Below, piece by piece: positions 9,849 to 19,466 of a stretch of DNA of 64,000 bases (position 1 is the stretch's first letter; each line of letters begins with the position of its first letter). The translations under genes and the position numbers were made by a program. Below the pieces are notes generated by a model that saw only the letters and a program-made list of their open reading frames with translations, ran no database searches and was not told where the DNA came from. Origin of the DNA: an uncultured bacterium (GTDB taxonomy: Bacteria > Patescibacteriota > Microgenomatia > Levybacterales > UBA12049); NCBI GenBank assembly GCA_963826535.1, contig CAWGXL010000010.1, forward strand, positions 426,814 to 490,813, given 5' to 3'.

Positions 9849-10577
9849 TTATACCTTTGGCGTTTTACCATAAACCGTTACCAAAGTTCCCGGATTCTCG
9901 GCAGTCGGATAGCTAACATTTCCCGCATTAGGATTCGCCCAGTAAAAAACTTTTTCCGCATCGGCTATACGCATATTTACGCACCCGTGACTCATGGGTT
10001 GACCAAAATTGTCATGCCAATACGCTCCATGAATAGAAAACCCCCTGGATTTAGCTATTTTGCTGTTATGGTAGAACATAGTATAAGGAACATTTGGTAA
10101 ATTATAATAGCCTGCACCTGAACCCCCGGACATACGAGTATATCGAAGCCATACCCAAATCCTAAAATCTCCAGTTGGGGTTGGATACCATTTACCTGTT
10201 GAAACCGGCATATCCATTACTTTATTATTACCTTCAAATGCATATAGGCGTTGATTAGTAAGGTCTACATATATATGTTTATAGTCGCCCGCCTGATCTG
10301 CTAGTACATCGACCTGCTTACTCAGCGCCAACTTTGACTTGTCAGGTAAAGTAGGGGATTTAACTGTTTTTCCCATAAAGACGCCTTGTTCTTCTGATTC
10401 TTTAGCTCCGGAAAGATCACTTATACAGCTAATTGAGTTAGCGCAGGGGGCTTGCTGTTTAGTAGACAAGAATACCATTCCCGTAACAAGTAATAATACA
10501 GTCACAATTCCAAGACTAAGAACTAAAGATGAATCGAGCTTCTTTGATCTAGTTGTATGCGCTTTTTTCCTCATCAT
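9849..10577 (-). CDS. L,D-transpeptidase
   Basis: IYVDLTNQRL, VSTG..TPTG, IHG..WH...SHGCVN; N-terminal TM. Confidence 0.92.
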   Translation of the reverse strand: MMRKKAHTTRSKKLDSSLVLSLGIVTVLLLVTGMVFLSTKQQAPCANSISCISDLSGAKESEEQGVFMGKTVKSPTLPDKSKLALSKQVDVLADQAGDYKHIYVDLTNQRLYAFEGNNKVMDMPVSTGKWYPTPTGDFRIWVWLRYTRMSGGSGAGYYNLPNVPYTMFYHNSKIAKSRGFSIHGAYWHDNFGQPMSHGCVNMRIADAEKVFYWANPNAGNVSYPTAENPGTLVTVYGKTPKV

Positions 10578-10669
10578 TTATAGATTAGACGAACTTTAAT
10601 TAAAAGTAAAGTAAGAGTTGCAAAAAGTCTTATAGTATTGTATAATCAACCTCTGTAACGTAATTATAT

Positions 10670-11326
10670 ATGTATATAAGAAAATTAATTAGATCTATTG
10701 TAATATTTGTTATTATTTCTGTTTGTATTTTTCAAATTCCAACCATGCAGTTTTTTTCTGCGGAAAAGCCTCTGCTTGCAGAACATACAATATCACTAAA
10801 TAGCCGCTATGGTAATATTAGTGTTAATAATGTTTTTAAAAATAATATTCTTTTAACTCTAGCCTATATGTCTGGGACGGTGAACAACAAATCTGATATT
10901 AACTGGCAGGAAATTGATAAGCCATTCCATTATAATTATGTGCTTCAACCCGGTGAAGTTTTCGCATTTCATGATGATATTCTCCCTTCTTATAAGGATA
11001 AACGCGTTAGTACTACGAATGCAAATTTTGGTGCAAACGAAGGTTTCTTATCAGATGGTCTTTTGTACGGAGACGGAGTTTGTCATTTAGCGTCTCTAAT
11101 CAGTTGGGCTGCAAAAGACGCGGGATTATCAGTTTTAGCACCAATCAAACATGATTTCGCAAACATTCCTGAAATACCTAGAGAGCATGGAGTATCAATA
11201 TATTCTGCACCGGGTCAAACAGGAATTAATCAGGGGCAAAATTTATATATAGAAAACACACTTGGAACTCCCGTTATATTCTCGTTCGACTACAATAATG
11301 GTTTTTTAAACCTTGCTATTTATTGA
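10670..11326 (+). CDS. VanW-family protein
   Basis: LQPGEVFAFH and GDGVCHLAS motifs. Confidence 0.8.
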   Translation: MYIRKLIRSIVIFVIISVCIFQIPTMQFFSAEKPLLAEHTISLNSRYGNISVNNVFKNNILLTLAYMSGTVNNKSDINWQEIDKPFHYNYVLQPGEVFAFHDDILPSYKDKRVSTTNANFGANEGFLSDGLLYGDGVCHLASLISWAAKDAGLSVLAPIKHDFANIPEIPREHGVSIYSAPGQTGINQGQNLYIENTLGTPVIFSFDYNNGFLNLAIY

Positions 11327-12124
11327 TGAAAAAACAAACTTTTCAATCACATGCGCAACCCCATCGTCATTTACGCTTGGAGCAATATAATCTGCAATCT
11401 TCTTAAGCCCTGGTACTGCATTGCCCACCGCAACACGCAATCCACATGCTTTGAAAAGCGGAAAATCATTATATCCATCTCCCACACCAATAATATCAGC
11501 CTTTGTTACTTTAATTAGCTCCGCGTATTTTAACGCGGCATATTTTTTAGTGGCTTGAGAATGAGTAATATGCAAAGCAACACACCCCTGATGATAAGCG
11601 ACCACCTTAGTTAATGCCAAACTATGGTAATGCGATAAATTACGAATTATCATATCCGCTCTTTTTTCCTGTATTCGGGGAATAAAAAAACTAATAGGTT
11701 TTCTTAAATTTAGGTTTTGTGTATAGATTTGTTCGCGGTTGTTATCAACTATCCATACTTTACTGGTAAGTTGATTAACAATACTGGTTATATTTTTTAA
11801 GTCTTTTTGAAGAATTTGTCTTTCCCAAAGAATTTTCCGGGAAACAGGATTTACAATTTGTGCTCCGCCATTTATAATGCAGGGTCCTTTTAGGCCTAGT
11901 TCCTTAAACAAAAACGTCACTCTGTCTAACGCCCTACCGCTCGCTATTCCAATTTTTACATTCTTTTTAGCATTTATAATTGAATCATATACTCTTTTGC
12001 TGATTCTTCCGTTATATTTATTTGTAACTAGTGTTCCATCTATATCACATAGCATTGCTTTATACTTGTGTTTATATTTTTTCCCCATTAATTCTATTTT
12101 AGACATATCTAGTTGGAATTGCAA
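11306..12124 (-). CDS. Cof-type HAD-IIB hydrolase
   Basis: DIDGTL, ASGR, GDGYND, AVGNA, DDGVA. Confidence 0.9.
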   Translation of the reverse strand: MQFQLDMSKIELMGKKYKHKYKAMLCDIDGTLVTNKYNGRISKRVYDSIINAKKNVKIGIASGRALDRVTFLFKELGLKGPCIINGGAQIVNPVSRKILWERQILQKDLKNITSIVNQLTSKVWIVDNNREQIYTQNLNLRKPISFFIPRIQEKRADMIIRNLSHYHSLALTKVVAYHQGCVALHITHSQATKKYAALKYAELIKVTKADIIGVGDGYNDFPLFKACGLRVAVGNAVPGLKKIADYIAPSVNDDGVAHVIEKFVFSSINSKV

Positions 12125-12212
12125 GTCAGCAGCAAAAATACTACTTTCTTATCCTTATTCTAGTTTAGATTGTCTTAGTGAAGAAAAGCAAGGGGTAGAA
12201 ATTACTATATTT

Positions 12213-12476
12213 TTATTTGCTTTTTACTCTCTCCGCAGTAATGGTACACTCGGTTACCAAAGCCGCTATTGCCCCAACTGCCGCAAGCATTGGTGCTATA
12301 ACAGCCCCTATGACACCAATTGTCAACGGTAATTCTACAAGCACTTTATCTTCTTTGTCTTTAATTATAATACGCCTAACATTTCCTTCCTTTATAAGGT
12401 CTTTTACCTTTCCGAGTAAATGTTTTCCATTCACTTTAAAACTTTCTTCACTTTTTTTCTTTTTATTTTCTGGCAT
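12213..12476 (-). CDS. DUF4342-like small protein
   Basis: IKEGNVRRIIIK...ELPLTIG...AALVTECTI. Confidence 0.75.
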   Translation of the reverse strand: MPENKKKKSEESFKVNGKHLLGKVKDLIKEGNVRRIIIKDKEDKVLVELPLTIGVIGAVIAPMLAAVGAIAALVTECTITAERVKSK

Positions 12477-12637
12477 ATTCCTCCTTTCTTTGACTTTTAT
12501 ATTATTTATAGTATACCATGTTCACGCAACTTATCTTGAGGTAAGAAGTGGTTTTTGCTATACTGCAATTTAAGCGGGCAACGTTCATGTTGCTCGGAAG
12601 TGAATTAACAGTTTGAATTATAATCAAACTGAACGTT

Positions 12638-12709
12638 GCGGGCGTAGTTCACCGGTAGAACGCCTCCTTGCCAAGGAGGAGGTAGTGGGTTCGATCCCCA
12701 TCGCCCGCT
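12638..12709 (+). tRNA. tRNA-Gly(GCC)
   Basis: GCGGGCG/CGCCCGC acceptor, CCTCC-TT-GCC-AA-GGAGG. Confidence 0.95.
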
Positions 12710-12774
12710 CCCAAGTCAAACTCGGTTAGAGTTTGAGGAGGACCAAGTCAGACTTGGCTTTCATCATTTTATAT

Positions 12775-13554
12775 TTACGCAACCCCAATCTTCCAAAGAA
12801 TATCAAAGTAAGACTTCATAGCCTTCTTAATATTACTATCCTCAAAAACAATATGTATACTTGGTACTGCGCTGAAAATGCTAATAACAATATGATTTTG
12901 CCAAACTTGTATCTGCAGTGGAGAAGAATCCGCCGTTTCGATATATTTATATTTTCTCTTTAGCTCTTGTGGCTGATTTGCAAAAAATACTCTATTATTA
13001 TACTCAACCTGACCTCGAAATGCGGTGAAACACGTTAGCAACAATCTAATTTTTTTTTCAAGCCGTACTTTCTCAAATAGTGAAAGTTTACCTGATTCTA
13101 CCATAGCCTCGCGCCATGCTTGAGGATGAACACTTATTACAAATATGTCTTGTCCTGCAGGCTGCATTTTTATAAGCCTTATCTGCAATAGACCATAAGC
13201 GTGATTACCCATAAAGACGTTTACTTTTGGTTGCTGAGATTCTGCAGCGACCTCAAGAAGCGGCTTGAGGAGAAAATCAAATTTTTCTCTTTTTGCTTCT
13301 AATATCTCTTGGAGTTTGGATATTGGTACTGCCTGAATTTTTTTATTTCGGCCTAAACGACTCAAGTGAACAGTCCCTTTTCGCTCCATTTTCTTAATTT
13401 CCCGCTGAATTGTCTCTCGGTGAATACCTGTTTCCTTGCGTAGTCTTTCCACGCCAGTTACCCCTATTCGTAAAAGCGCAAGATAAATAGCTGCTTGGCC
13501 TCTATTATCAAACAATTCACCGGTTTGATTGAGACTGTCTATCAACTCATCCAT
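12775..13554 (-). CDS. TrmB-like transcriptional regulator
   Basis: N-terminal wHTH (AAIYLALL...ETGIHRETI..EIKKMERKG) and C-terminal PLD-like fold ending FDILWK. Confidence 0.7.
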   Translation of the reverse strand: MDELIDSLNQTGELFDNRGQAAIYLALLRIGVTGVERLRKETGIHRETIQREIKKMERKGTVHLSRLGRNKKIQAVPISKLQEILEAKREKFDFLLKPLLEVAAESQQPKVNVFMGNHAYGLLQIRLIKMQPAGQDIFVISVHPQAWREAMVESGKLSLFEKVRLEKKIRLLLTCFTAFRGQVEYNNRVFFANQPQELKRKYKYIETADSSPLQIQVWQNHIVISIFSAVPSIHIVFEDSNIKKAMKSYFDILWKIGVA

Positions 13555-13600
13555 GAAAATATTATAACACATTTGTGTGTCATAAACAGTATTTATCTTT

Positions 13601-14542
13601 ATGAATGAAGAGCTTATACTAAATGCCTCTATGACCTTTCTTGAAAAATTCGAAATTCTGAAAAAATCAATCCCAGTCCCGGCTGTTACAATTGGTCCAT
13701 ATACTGTTGATTGTGAATACGTCGAATATCTTTATAGGAGCAAAAATTGCTATTTCATACTTGATGGATTCTATCTAGAAGATTGTTTATATATAAGATA
13801 CGGAGCATTTTCTAAAATACTGGTCGACTGCGGTTCTGTGTTCGAATCGGAGAAATGTTATGAAAGTATTGATTCCAATAAGTGTTATAGTTGTACATAT
13901 GTTATGGACTGCTACGGAAGTACAGATTGCCACTTTTCAGCATTATTAAACGCTTGCACTAACTGTTTCGGCTGCGTCGGACTTAGTCATAAAAAATTTT
14001 GTATACTTAACAAACAATATACCAAAGAAGAATATTTAAAAGAGGTTGAGAGACTAAAAAAAGAGAATCCTGAAAAGCTACTCGCCCAAATGTTAGATTT
14101 AAAGCAGCAAATACCTCATCCCGCAAACCGGCAATCCAATACCCAAAATTCTCCATACGGTAACTATATATATGATTCAAAAAACTGTTATTGGTGTTTT
14201 AATACATTACATAGTGAGAATTCCGGTTACACTTATTATCACTCTAGAGCAGTAAACTGTTGGGACATGTATCGCGGAGGCGGAAATCCTGAAACCAACG
14301 CCCAGACTGAGCGGTGCTATGAGAATACTGATTCAACCTGCAATTACGAATGTGCATTTGTAGCATTTAGTGATAATTGCTCAAATTGTTATTATAGCTA
14401 TAGACTTGTAAACTGCACAGACTGCTTCGGGTGTGTCGGGTTAAACAATAAAAAGTATTGCATTTTGAACAATCAACTGACAAAGGAGCAATACGAAAAA
14501 ACCGTGCTAGAATTCAAAAAAGAATTGGGCTGGATGGTTTAG
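13601..14542 (+). CDS. Cys-rich repeat protein of unknown function
   Basis: Two copies of CFGCVGLxxKKxCILNxQxTKExY plus many SxNCY units. Confidence 0.75.
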   Translation: MNEELILNASMTFLEKFEILKKSIPVPAVTIGPYTVDCEYVEYLYRSKNCYFILDGFYLEDCLYIRYGAFSKILVDCGSVFESEKCYESIDSNKCYSCTYVMDCYGSTDCHFSALLNACTNCFGCVGLSHKKFCILNKQYTKEEYLKEVERLKKENPEKLLAQMLDLKQQIPHPANRQSNTQNSPYGNYIYDSKNCYWCFNTLHSENSGYTYYHSRAVNCWDMYRGGGNPETNAQTERCYENTDSTCNYECAFVAFSDNCSNCYYSYRLVNCTDCFGCVGLNNKKYCILNNQLTKEQYEKTVLEFKKELGWMV

Positions 14543-14547
14543 CAGTA

Positions 14548-15288
14548 TTATATCGGAACCGCCTTTTGCCAATATTTATCAAAAATCCGCTGGAAATGTT
14601 GATTAATCCCTCTATGTACGAAGCGCACTCCGAACTGTTTTGACCTGTCTTTCGGATCATACATCATCACATAAGAAATATTCTCATCATATAAGACTAA
14701 ATGCCAGTCAAAAGATTTGGCAAATCGAATAACAGCACCAATATGCTTATAACTCAAAAGCGCATTATGATTTTCTTTAGTATGTTCCAGAGCTATAATC
14801 TTTAGATCCACACCTCGTTTTACTGCTTGCAAATTTGCATATAGGTACTCATTCGGAACTCCGATAGATAATACTGAATAAATATATTTAATATTTTGTT
14901 TTGTTTTACCTAGATCCGGTATATTTTGCCTAATCAAGTCGTCTCTTCCTTGTACAAACGAAATATTAAATATTTTGTCATCTTGGAGCTCATTTGTAAC
15001 AGCCCGAAACTCCAGATCAGAAAACAGATTGTGGAACCAACTCCTGGCTTGCATAGCATAATTTTCACCGGCCTCACTAATTTGCTTTGCCCGATAGGTA
15101 ACAGGATAGGTATCCTGCTGATCAATTAAGCTAAGTCTAAGTAAATGTTCAACCAATGGATATACTTGCTGTGATTTAATATCAAGCTCCTCTCCAATCG
15201 ATTTTGCGTTTAGTTCACGCTTTTCAAGTAACAATTTATACACAGCATGTGCCTGCTTTGATAATCCCATAGCAAACTGATTTTTCAT
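14548..15288 (-). CDS. TrmB-like transcriptional regulator
   Basis: MGLSKQAHAVYKLLL...VYPLVEHL..YPVTYRA; C-terminal RGVDLKII...FDKYW. Confidence 0.8.
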   Translation of the reverse strand: MKNQFAMGLSKQAHAVYKLLLEKRELNAKSIGEELDIKSQQVYPLVEHLLRLSLIDQQDTYPVTYRAKQISEAGENYAMQARSWFHNLFSDLEFRAVTNELQDDKIFNISFVQGRDDLIRQNIPDLGKTKQNIKYIYSVLSIGVPNEYLYANLQAVKRGVDLKIIALEHTKENHNALLSYKHIGAVIRFAKSFDWHLVLYDENISYVMMYDPKDRSKQFGVRFVHRGINQHFQRIFDKYWQKAVPI

Positions 15289-15430
15289 AACCTAATGTAT
15301 TTTAATAAAATTTTCTTAAAATATCAACTTGAGTTAAAATTAAATGAAATATATGCACCTAATAATAAGTTATGAAAAAATTTCTATTTGCAATAAACAC
15401 TAATTAAAGTTCTTCTCAGATGAGTTTTAT

Positions 15431-15826
15431 ATGCCATTAAACAAACCAAAAAATATCAAAAATGCTTCAATGGATGTTCGCGTCACCAAAGACGCGATCG
15501 GGGCAGAACTTATCGATCCCAAGGAAACCAAGGGAAGATTGAGTTGTTCAAAGATCCGTATCCAACCAAACAAAGGTTTTAAAAGACACATCCACCCCTC
15601 GGATCATTTACTTATCATTCTCGTTGGCTCTGGATTTCTGACCTACTGGGAAAAAGGCACAAAATTTCGCATGGATTTTAGGTCCGGAGATATATTTTCC
15701 GTGCCCCGGGAACTTCACCATGCTGTGACTGCTGGGTTAAGTGGGGTTACTCTGCTTGCCATCGGCACCCCAGGCACGAACGCTTCACGACCCAGAAAGA
15801 ATGACATTTGTCTAACAAATACGTAA
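15431..15826 (+). CDS. Cupin domain protein (3' end may be frameshifted)
   Basis: HIHPSDH...GSG...GDIFSVP..LHHAV metal-binding cupin motifs. Confidence 0.8.
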   Translation: MPLNKPKNIKNASMDVRVTKDAIGAELIDPKETKGRLSCSKIRIQPNKGFKRHIHPSDHLLIILVGSGFLTYWEKGTKFRMDFRSGDIFSVPRELHHAVTAGLSGVTLLAIGTPGTNASRPRKNDICLTNT

Positions 15827-15831
15827 ATCTT

Positions 15832-16563
15832 ATGGAAATGGAAAATCAAACATCTTTACTGAAAAGTTTAGAATTTGACACAAACCCAAACATTTATCCT
15901 CCCAAACCTGCAAGTTTTCTTTTGGCTGAAACCGCGTTAAAAGTAGTTAAACCAGGAAACTATGTGCTAGATGCCTGCACCGGCAGCGGAGTGGTCGGGT
16001 TATCAATCATTAAATTTGTTCCGGAGGTTAAAGTATTCACATCAGACATCAACCCAGATGCTATTACTACTACAAAACGCAATGCATATAAAAACAGAGT
16101 TAAAGTCACAGTTCTTGTTGCTGATCTTTACAACCCATTTAAAGACGGTATGTTTGATGTTATCACCGTTCACCCGCCTGCAATTCCTTATCCGCCACAT
16201 AAAAACTGGGGCATGACACCTGGAATGCGTATAGCCACAAATGGGGGACACGACGGATCGCATTTGGTATCTCGCTCAATCATTGAAGCAAAGCGTTGTT
16301 TGAAAAAGAAGGGAATACTACTCCTGCTTCTTCCGCATTGGTCAAATGTTAAGAATGCAATGTCTTTGCTTCACGATAACTACGCCGAAGTCGTTGAGCT
16401 TGATAGTCGAAGAGTAAATTTTTTTCCAATCACAGAGGGTTCACCTGACAAGGATGTCGTGAGATATACTCGTAACCTGGCAGAACAAGGAGTTATCGAA
16501 CTTGACTTTATAGAAGGTAAACCAGTCTCAAAGGTTTCCGTTATTCAAGCGATAAAAAGATGA
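15832..16563 (+). CDS. HemK/PrmC-like SAM-dependent methyltransferase
   Basis: IYPP, LDACTGSGVVG, SDINPDA, GGHDG; HPPA in place of NPPY. Confidence 0.75.
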   Translation: MEMENQTSLLKSLEFDTNPNIYPPKPASFLLAETALKVVKPGNYVLDACTGSGVVGLSIIKFVPEVKVFTSDINPDAITTTKRNAYKNRVKVTVLVADLYNPFKDGMFDVITVHPPAIPYPPHKNWGMTPGMRIATNGGHDGSHLVSRSIIEAKRCLKKKGILLLLLPHWSNVKNAMSLLHDNYAEVVELDSRRVNFFPITEGSPDKDVVRYTRNLAEQGVIELDFIEGKPVSKVSVIQAIKR

Positions 16564-16639
16564 TAATTGCAAAAATTAAGCAACCAATTTCCACACCAGT
16601 AAATCCTCAATCAAACCCAACCCTAATTTCTAGACCTGA

Positions 16640-16681
16640 AACAAAAAATCTTGCATTCTCTTCGGAAAGAAGTAAAACAGT
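16640..16681. repeat. 42-bp imperfect direct repeat, copy 1
   Basis: AACAAAAAATCTTGCATTCTCTTCGGAAAGAAGTAAAACAGT; 37/42 identical to 17536-17577. Confidence 0.8.
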
Positions 16682-16790
16682 CTTAATCTGATGAATATAT
16701 CAAGTTTTATGCTTAAGCATCACTTAAGCCTTGACCATACTAATATAGTAATGTATAATATCCTATAATTATTATTGAGCTTAATTGTAT

Positions 16791-17486
16791 ATGCCTGTTG
16801 AAAGACAAATATTAACCTTAGACCAAGTAACTAAAGCAGAAAATAGAATTGGCATTAGCCATCCTATTCTTACACAAATCGACAACTATCTTCCCGAAAT
16901 TACTCGCTTCCAGCAAGGTTATCCTCCAACCGATAGTAAACTACAACAAAGATATATTTCAGAGAATTTTGGATTCTTTGCTGATGTTATTACAGAAGTA
17001 GGACCATTTACTCTTAAACCACATGAACTTATCTCAATTTGGTCCCGTACCAAAGAAGTATTTTCAACATATCAAAGATATGCATTAGCAGGCATTGTGT
17101 CTAGCGCATATGCTGTTCAAGAAGCTGAAAATCAGGAATGGAAAAAGTTCCCCCGCTATTATCTTGAAACGGGTGAAATACCAGATGTTGTAAAAAAAGA
17201 CAAAAGTGGTTTATTGCATGTTCAAAATAGATTAAAACTAATAGATGAAAGCTTAAATGATTTAAGCTCCTATGTCCATGGTACTAGAGAACCAATAATA
17301 ACCTATACCCTTAATTTAGCCAGAAGAGAACGCGAAGGTGATTTAGAAGCTAAACGAGAACTAGAAGTTTTGTTAGCACGCCAACAAAATTATCAAAATC
17401 CAACCATAACAGAGATCCACGAAAATTTTGGGAATGGTTTTACGCCGTTATTTTTTCCAATTGGTAAAGCTTTAAGTGCTTTATAA
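16791..17486 (+). CDS. Hypothetical protein
   Basis: 231-aa ORF, no recognised motif; flanked by direct repeats. Confidence 0.65.
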   Translation: MPVERQILTLDQVTKAENRIGISHPILTQIDNYLPEITRFQQGYPPTDSKLQQRYISENFGFFADVITEVGPFTLKPHELISIWSRTKEVFSTYQRYALAGIVSSAYAVQEAENQEWKKFPRYYLETGEIPDVVKKDKSGLLHVQNRLKLIDESLNDLSSYVHGTREPIITYTLNLARREREGDLEAKRELEVLLARQQNYQNPTITEIHENFGNGFTPLFFPIGKALSAL

Positions 17487-17535
17487 AACCAGTTTCAAAC
17501 TAAATTCCGCAACCAACAACATTTTCTAAAATTGC

Positions 17536-17577
17536 AACAAAAAATCTGGCATTCTCTCCGGGAGGAAGTAAAATAGT
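17536..17577. repeat. 42-bp imperfect direct repeat, copy 2
   Basis: AACAAAAAATCTGGCATTCTCTCCGGGAGGAAGTAAAATAGT. Confidence 0.8.
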
Positions 17578-18827
17578 TATCTCCTTACAAATAAAATCGC
17601 ATTGGGTATATTTCTCCCCGGTCCTGCTTTGTATCCGCCATGCCAGAGAGCAGTTGACCCGCCGCTGTCCAGATTAAGCGCATTTTCAAGCCCAAGTGCC
17701 TTCAGCGCATATGCAACTTCGGCCACTGTCGCGTTATACACGACTCCAATATATACCGTACTCCCTTTATTCCCAACAAAACTCCGTGCCCCTTTACTTC
17801 CTTGCTTAGGATCACTGCCGCCGCCAAAAGCTATATTCCCGCCGGAGAGAAGAAGCGGCTGATTAGCAATAACTCCATCCACACCCGCATCACGACCCCA
17901 ACCTGATGACTGCCCGATAAACCTGGCAAATCCTGAACCAAATACTGCAACCGGCACAACGCTGTAGACATTATTATCCGAATTAAAGTAATGCTTGTTT
18001 TTATTCATAACAAGCGTATCAAAGGAATTGGTTTTCCCCACGCAACTGGGATATGAAGCCGGACAAAAATAAGAACCATTTATCCCCGCAAACGCACCAT
18101 TTCTACCTACATAGTCGCCAAGCGAGAGTACCGGACAATTATCACGGCAATCAGAGTCAGATGCCGTATCAACAATCACCCGCGTTGAACCCAAGTCAGC
18201 CGCAACAATACTCACAGTAAAAGCACCAATCTCAGTATTTACAGATTGATAACTAAACCCACCACTCGGTGCAGTATTGCTCGATGCAGCAGGCCCATTA
18301 GGAGCTGCTGCAACCTTAGCAGCCGCAGCTGCAGCAGCAGCCGCTGCTAGATCATCACTGATTTTTTTAATTTGTCCGTTCAAGACAGTTAATTTACTCT
18401 CCGCAGACGCATATTTTAAATCGCTTAAATCCTTTACTATATTTATGTAATCTTCGTCTAATTTATCTGTCTTTTGTTTCTGTACTTTCAGATCCTGAAT
18501 ACCCTCGAACGCTGTGATTAGAGAAGTATAAGATTTGTGGGTATTGTCGATATCTTTTTTCAGTTGCTGGTTAATTTTATACTGATCTTGATTTTTAAGA
18601 TCCACCAATGCTTTTATGCTTGATAATAAATTGAGATTTAACTTCTCTTTCTCTACGCCAAGTTTCTTATTTTCTACGTTTTGTTTTTGTATCTGATTAT
18701 TAGCTTTATTGGATTGAGACAAAAAGTAAACTGTAGAAATTGTGGTTGAGAGGGCATAGAGACCTAAAACAATAAAAATAATTTTACCCCGCGTAAACTG
18801 ATGCGCAATCTTATTCTTGTAGGACAT
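17577..18827 (-). CDS. Phosphodiester glycosidase (NAGPA-like) protein with TM and coiled-coil stalk
   Basis: AGINGSYF, ARSFVG, ALNLDSGGSTAL, GRNIPNAI; poly-Ala linker. Confidence 0.85.
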   Translation of the reverse strand: MSYKNKIAHQFTRGKIIFIVLGLYALSTTISTVYFLSQSNKANNQIQKQNVENKKLGVEKEKLNLNLLSSIKALVDLKNQDQYKINQQLKKDIDNTHKSYTSLITAFEGIQDLKVQKQKTDKLDEDYINIVKDLSDLKYASAESKLTVLNGQIKKISDDLAAAAAAAAAAKVAAAPNGPAASSNTAPSGGFSYQSVNTEIGAFTVSIVAADLGSTRVIVDTASDSDCRDNCPVLSLGDYVGRNGAFAGINGSYFCPASYPSCVGKTNSFDTLVMNKNKHYFNSDNNVYSVVPVAVFGSGFARFIGQSSGWGRDAGVDGVIANQPLLLSGGNIAFGGGSDPKQGSKGARSFVGNKGSTVYIGVVYNATVAEVAYALKALGLENALNLDSGGSTALWHGGYKAGPGRNIPNAILFVRR

Positions 18828-18903
18828 AAAATTATTTTAGCAACTTTTTTACCCGGATGTAAATACTATTGACAAAAAGAGCATTATTGTGTACATTTAT
18901 AAC

Positions 18904-19209
18904 ATGACACAAGTGATCCCGGTTACCGAGGCAAGAAAAAATTTATTGAAGCTCGTTGATGAAGTCGACAAGAAATACACACGCATTGATCTGACCAAAA
19001 ACGGCCGGGTTAAAGCAACCATAGTCTCTCCTGATTATATTGATTCACTAGAAGAAACACTTTATACGCTTGAACACTCTATGAAAGATATTCGCCGTGC
19101 AGAAAAAGAAATTGCGAAAGGAAATTTTGTAACCCTTGAAGAGTTAAAAAAAGATCTTGCCATTCGAACAGCAAAAGAAAAGACGAAAGAAAAGAAACAT
19201 GTCCGCTAA
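18904..19209 (+). CDS. Phd/YefM-family antitoxin
   Basis: IPVTEARKNLLKLVDEV...LTKNGR...SLEETL. Confidence 0.9.
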   Translation: MTQVIPVTEARKNLLKLVDEVDKKYTRIDLTKNGRVKATIVSPDYIDSLEETLYTLEHSMKDIRRAEKEIAKGNFVTLEELKKDLAIRTAKEKTKEKKHVR

Positions 19210-19456
19210 ATCACTCATTATCGAAAGGCCAGCAAAGAAAAAACTCAAGAAATTTACCCACGAAATCCACATGAGAATTATTACTGCCTTCGTTGAGATT
19301 CAAAATAATCCCTTAATAGGAGAAAAATTGCGTGGCGAACTTCAAGGATATTATAAACTTCGTTTAGGGGACTATAGAATTGTTTATTCCTTCGACTCAA
19401 AACAAAGCAAAGTTAGTGTAGTAAAAATCGAACACAGACAAGGTATTTATAAATAA
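19199..19456 (+). CDS. RelE/ParE-family toxin
   Basis: NPLIGEKLRGELQGYYKLRLGDYRIVY...IEHRQGIY; overlaps the antitoxin. Confidence 0.9.
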   Translation: MSAKSLIIERPAKKKLKKFTHEIHMRIITAFVEIQNNPLIGEKLRGELQGYYKLRLGDYRIVYSFDSKQSKVSVVKIEHRQGIYK

Positions 19457-19466
19457 TATTTTTTCT

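Noticed and set aside
10670-11326. Vancomycin resistance cluster
   Set aside because: VanW alone; no vanHAX or vanRS genes
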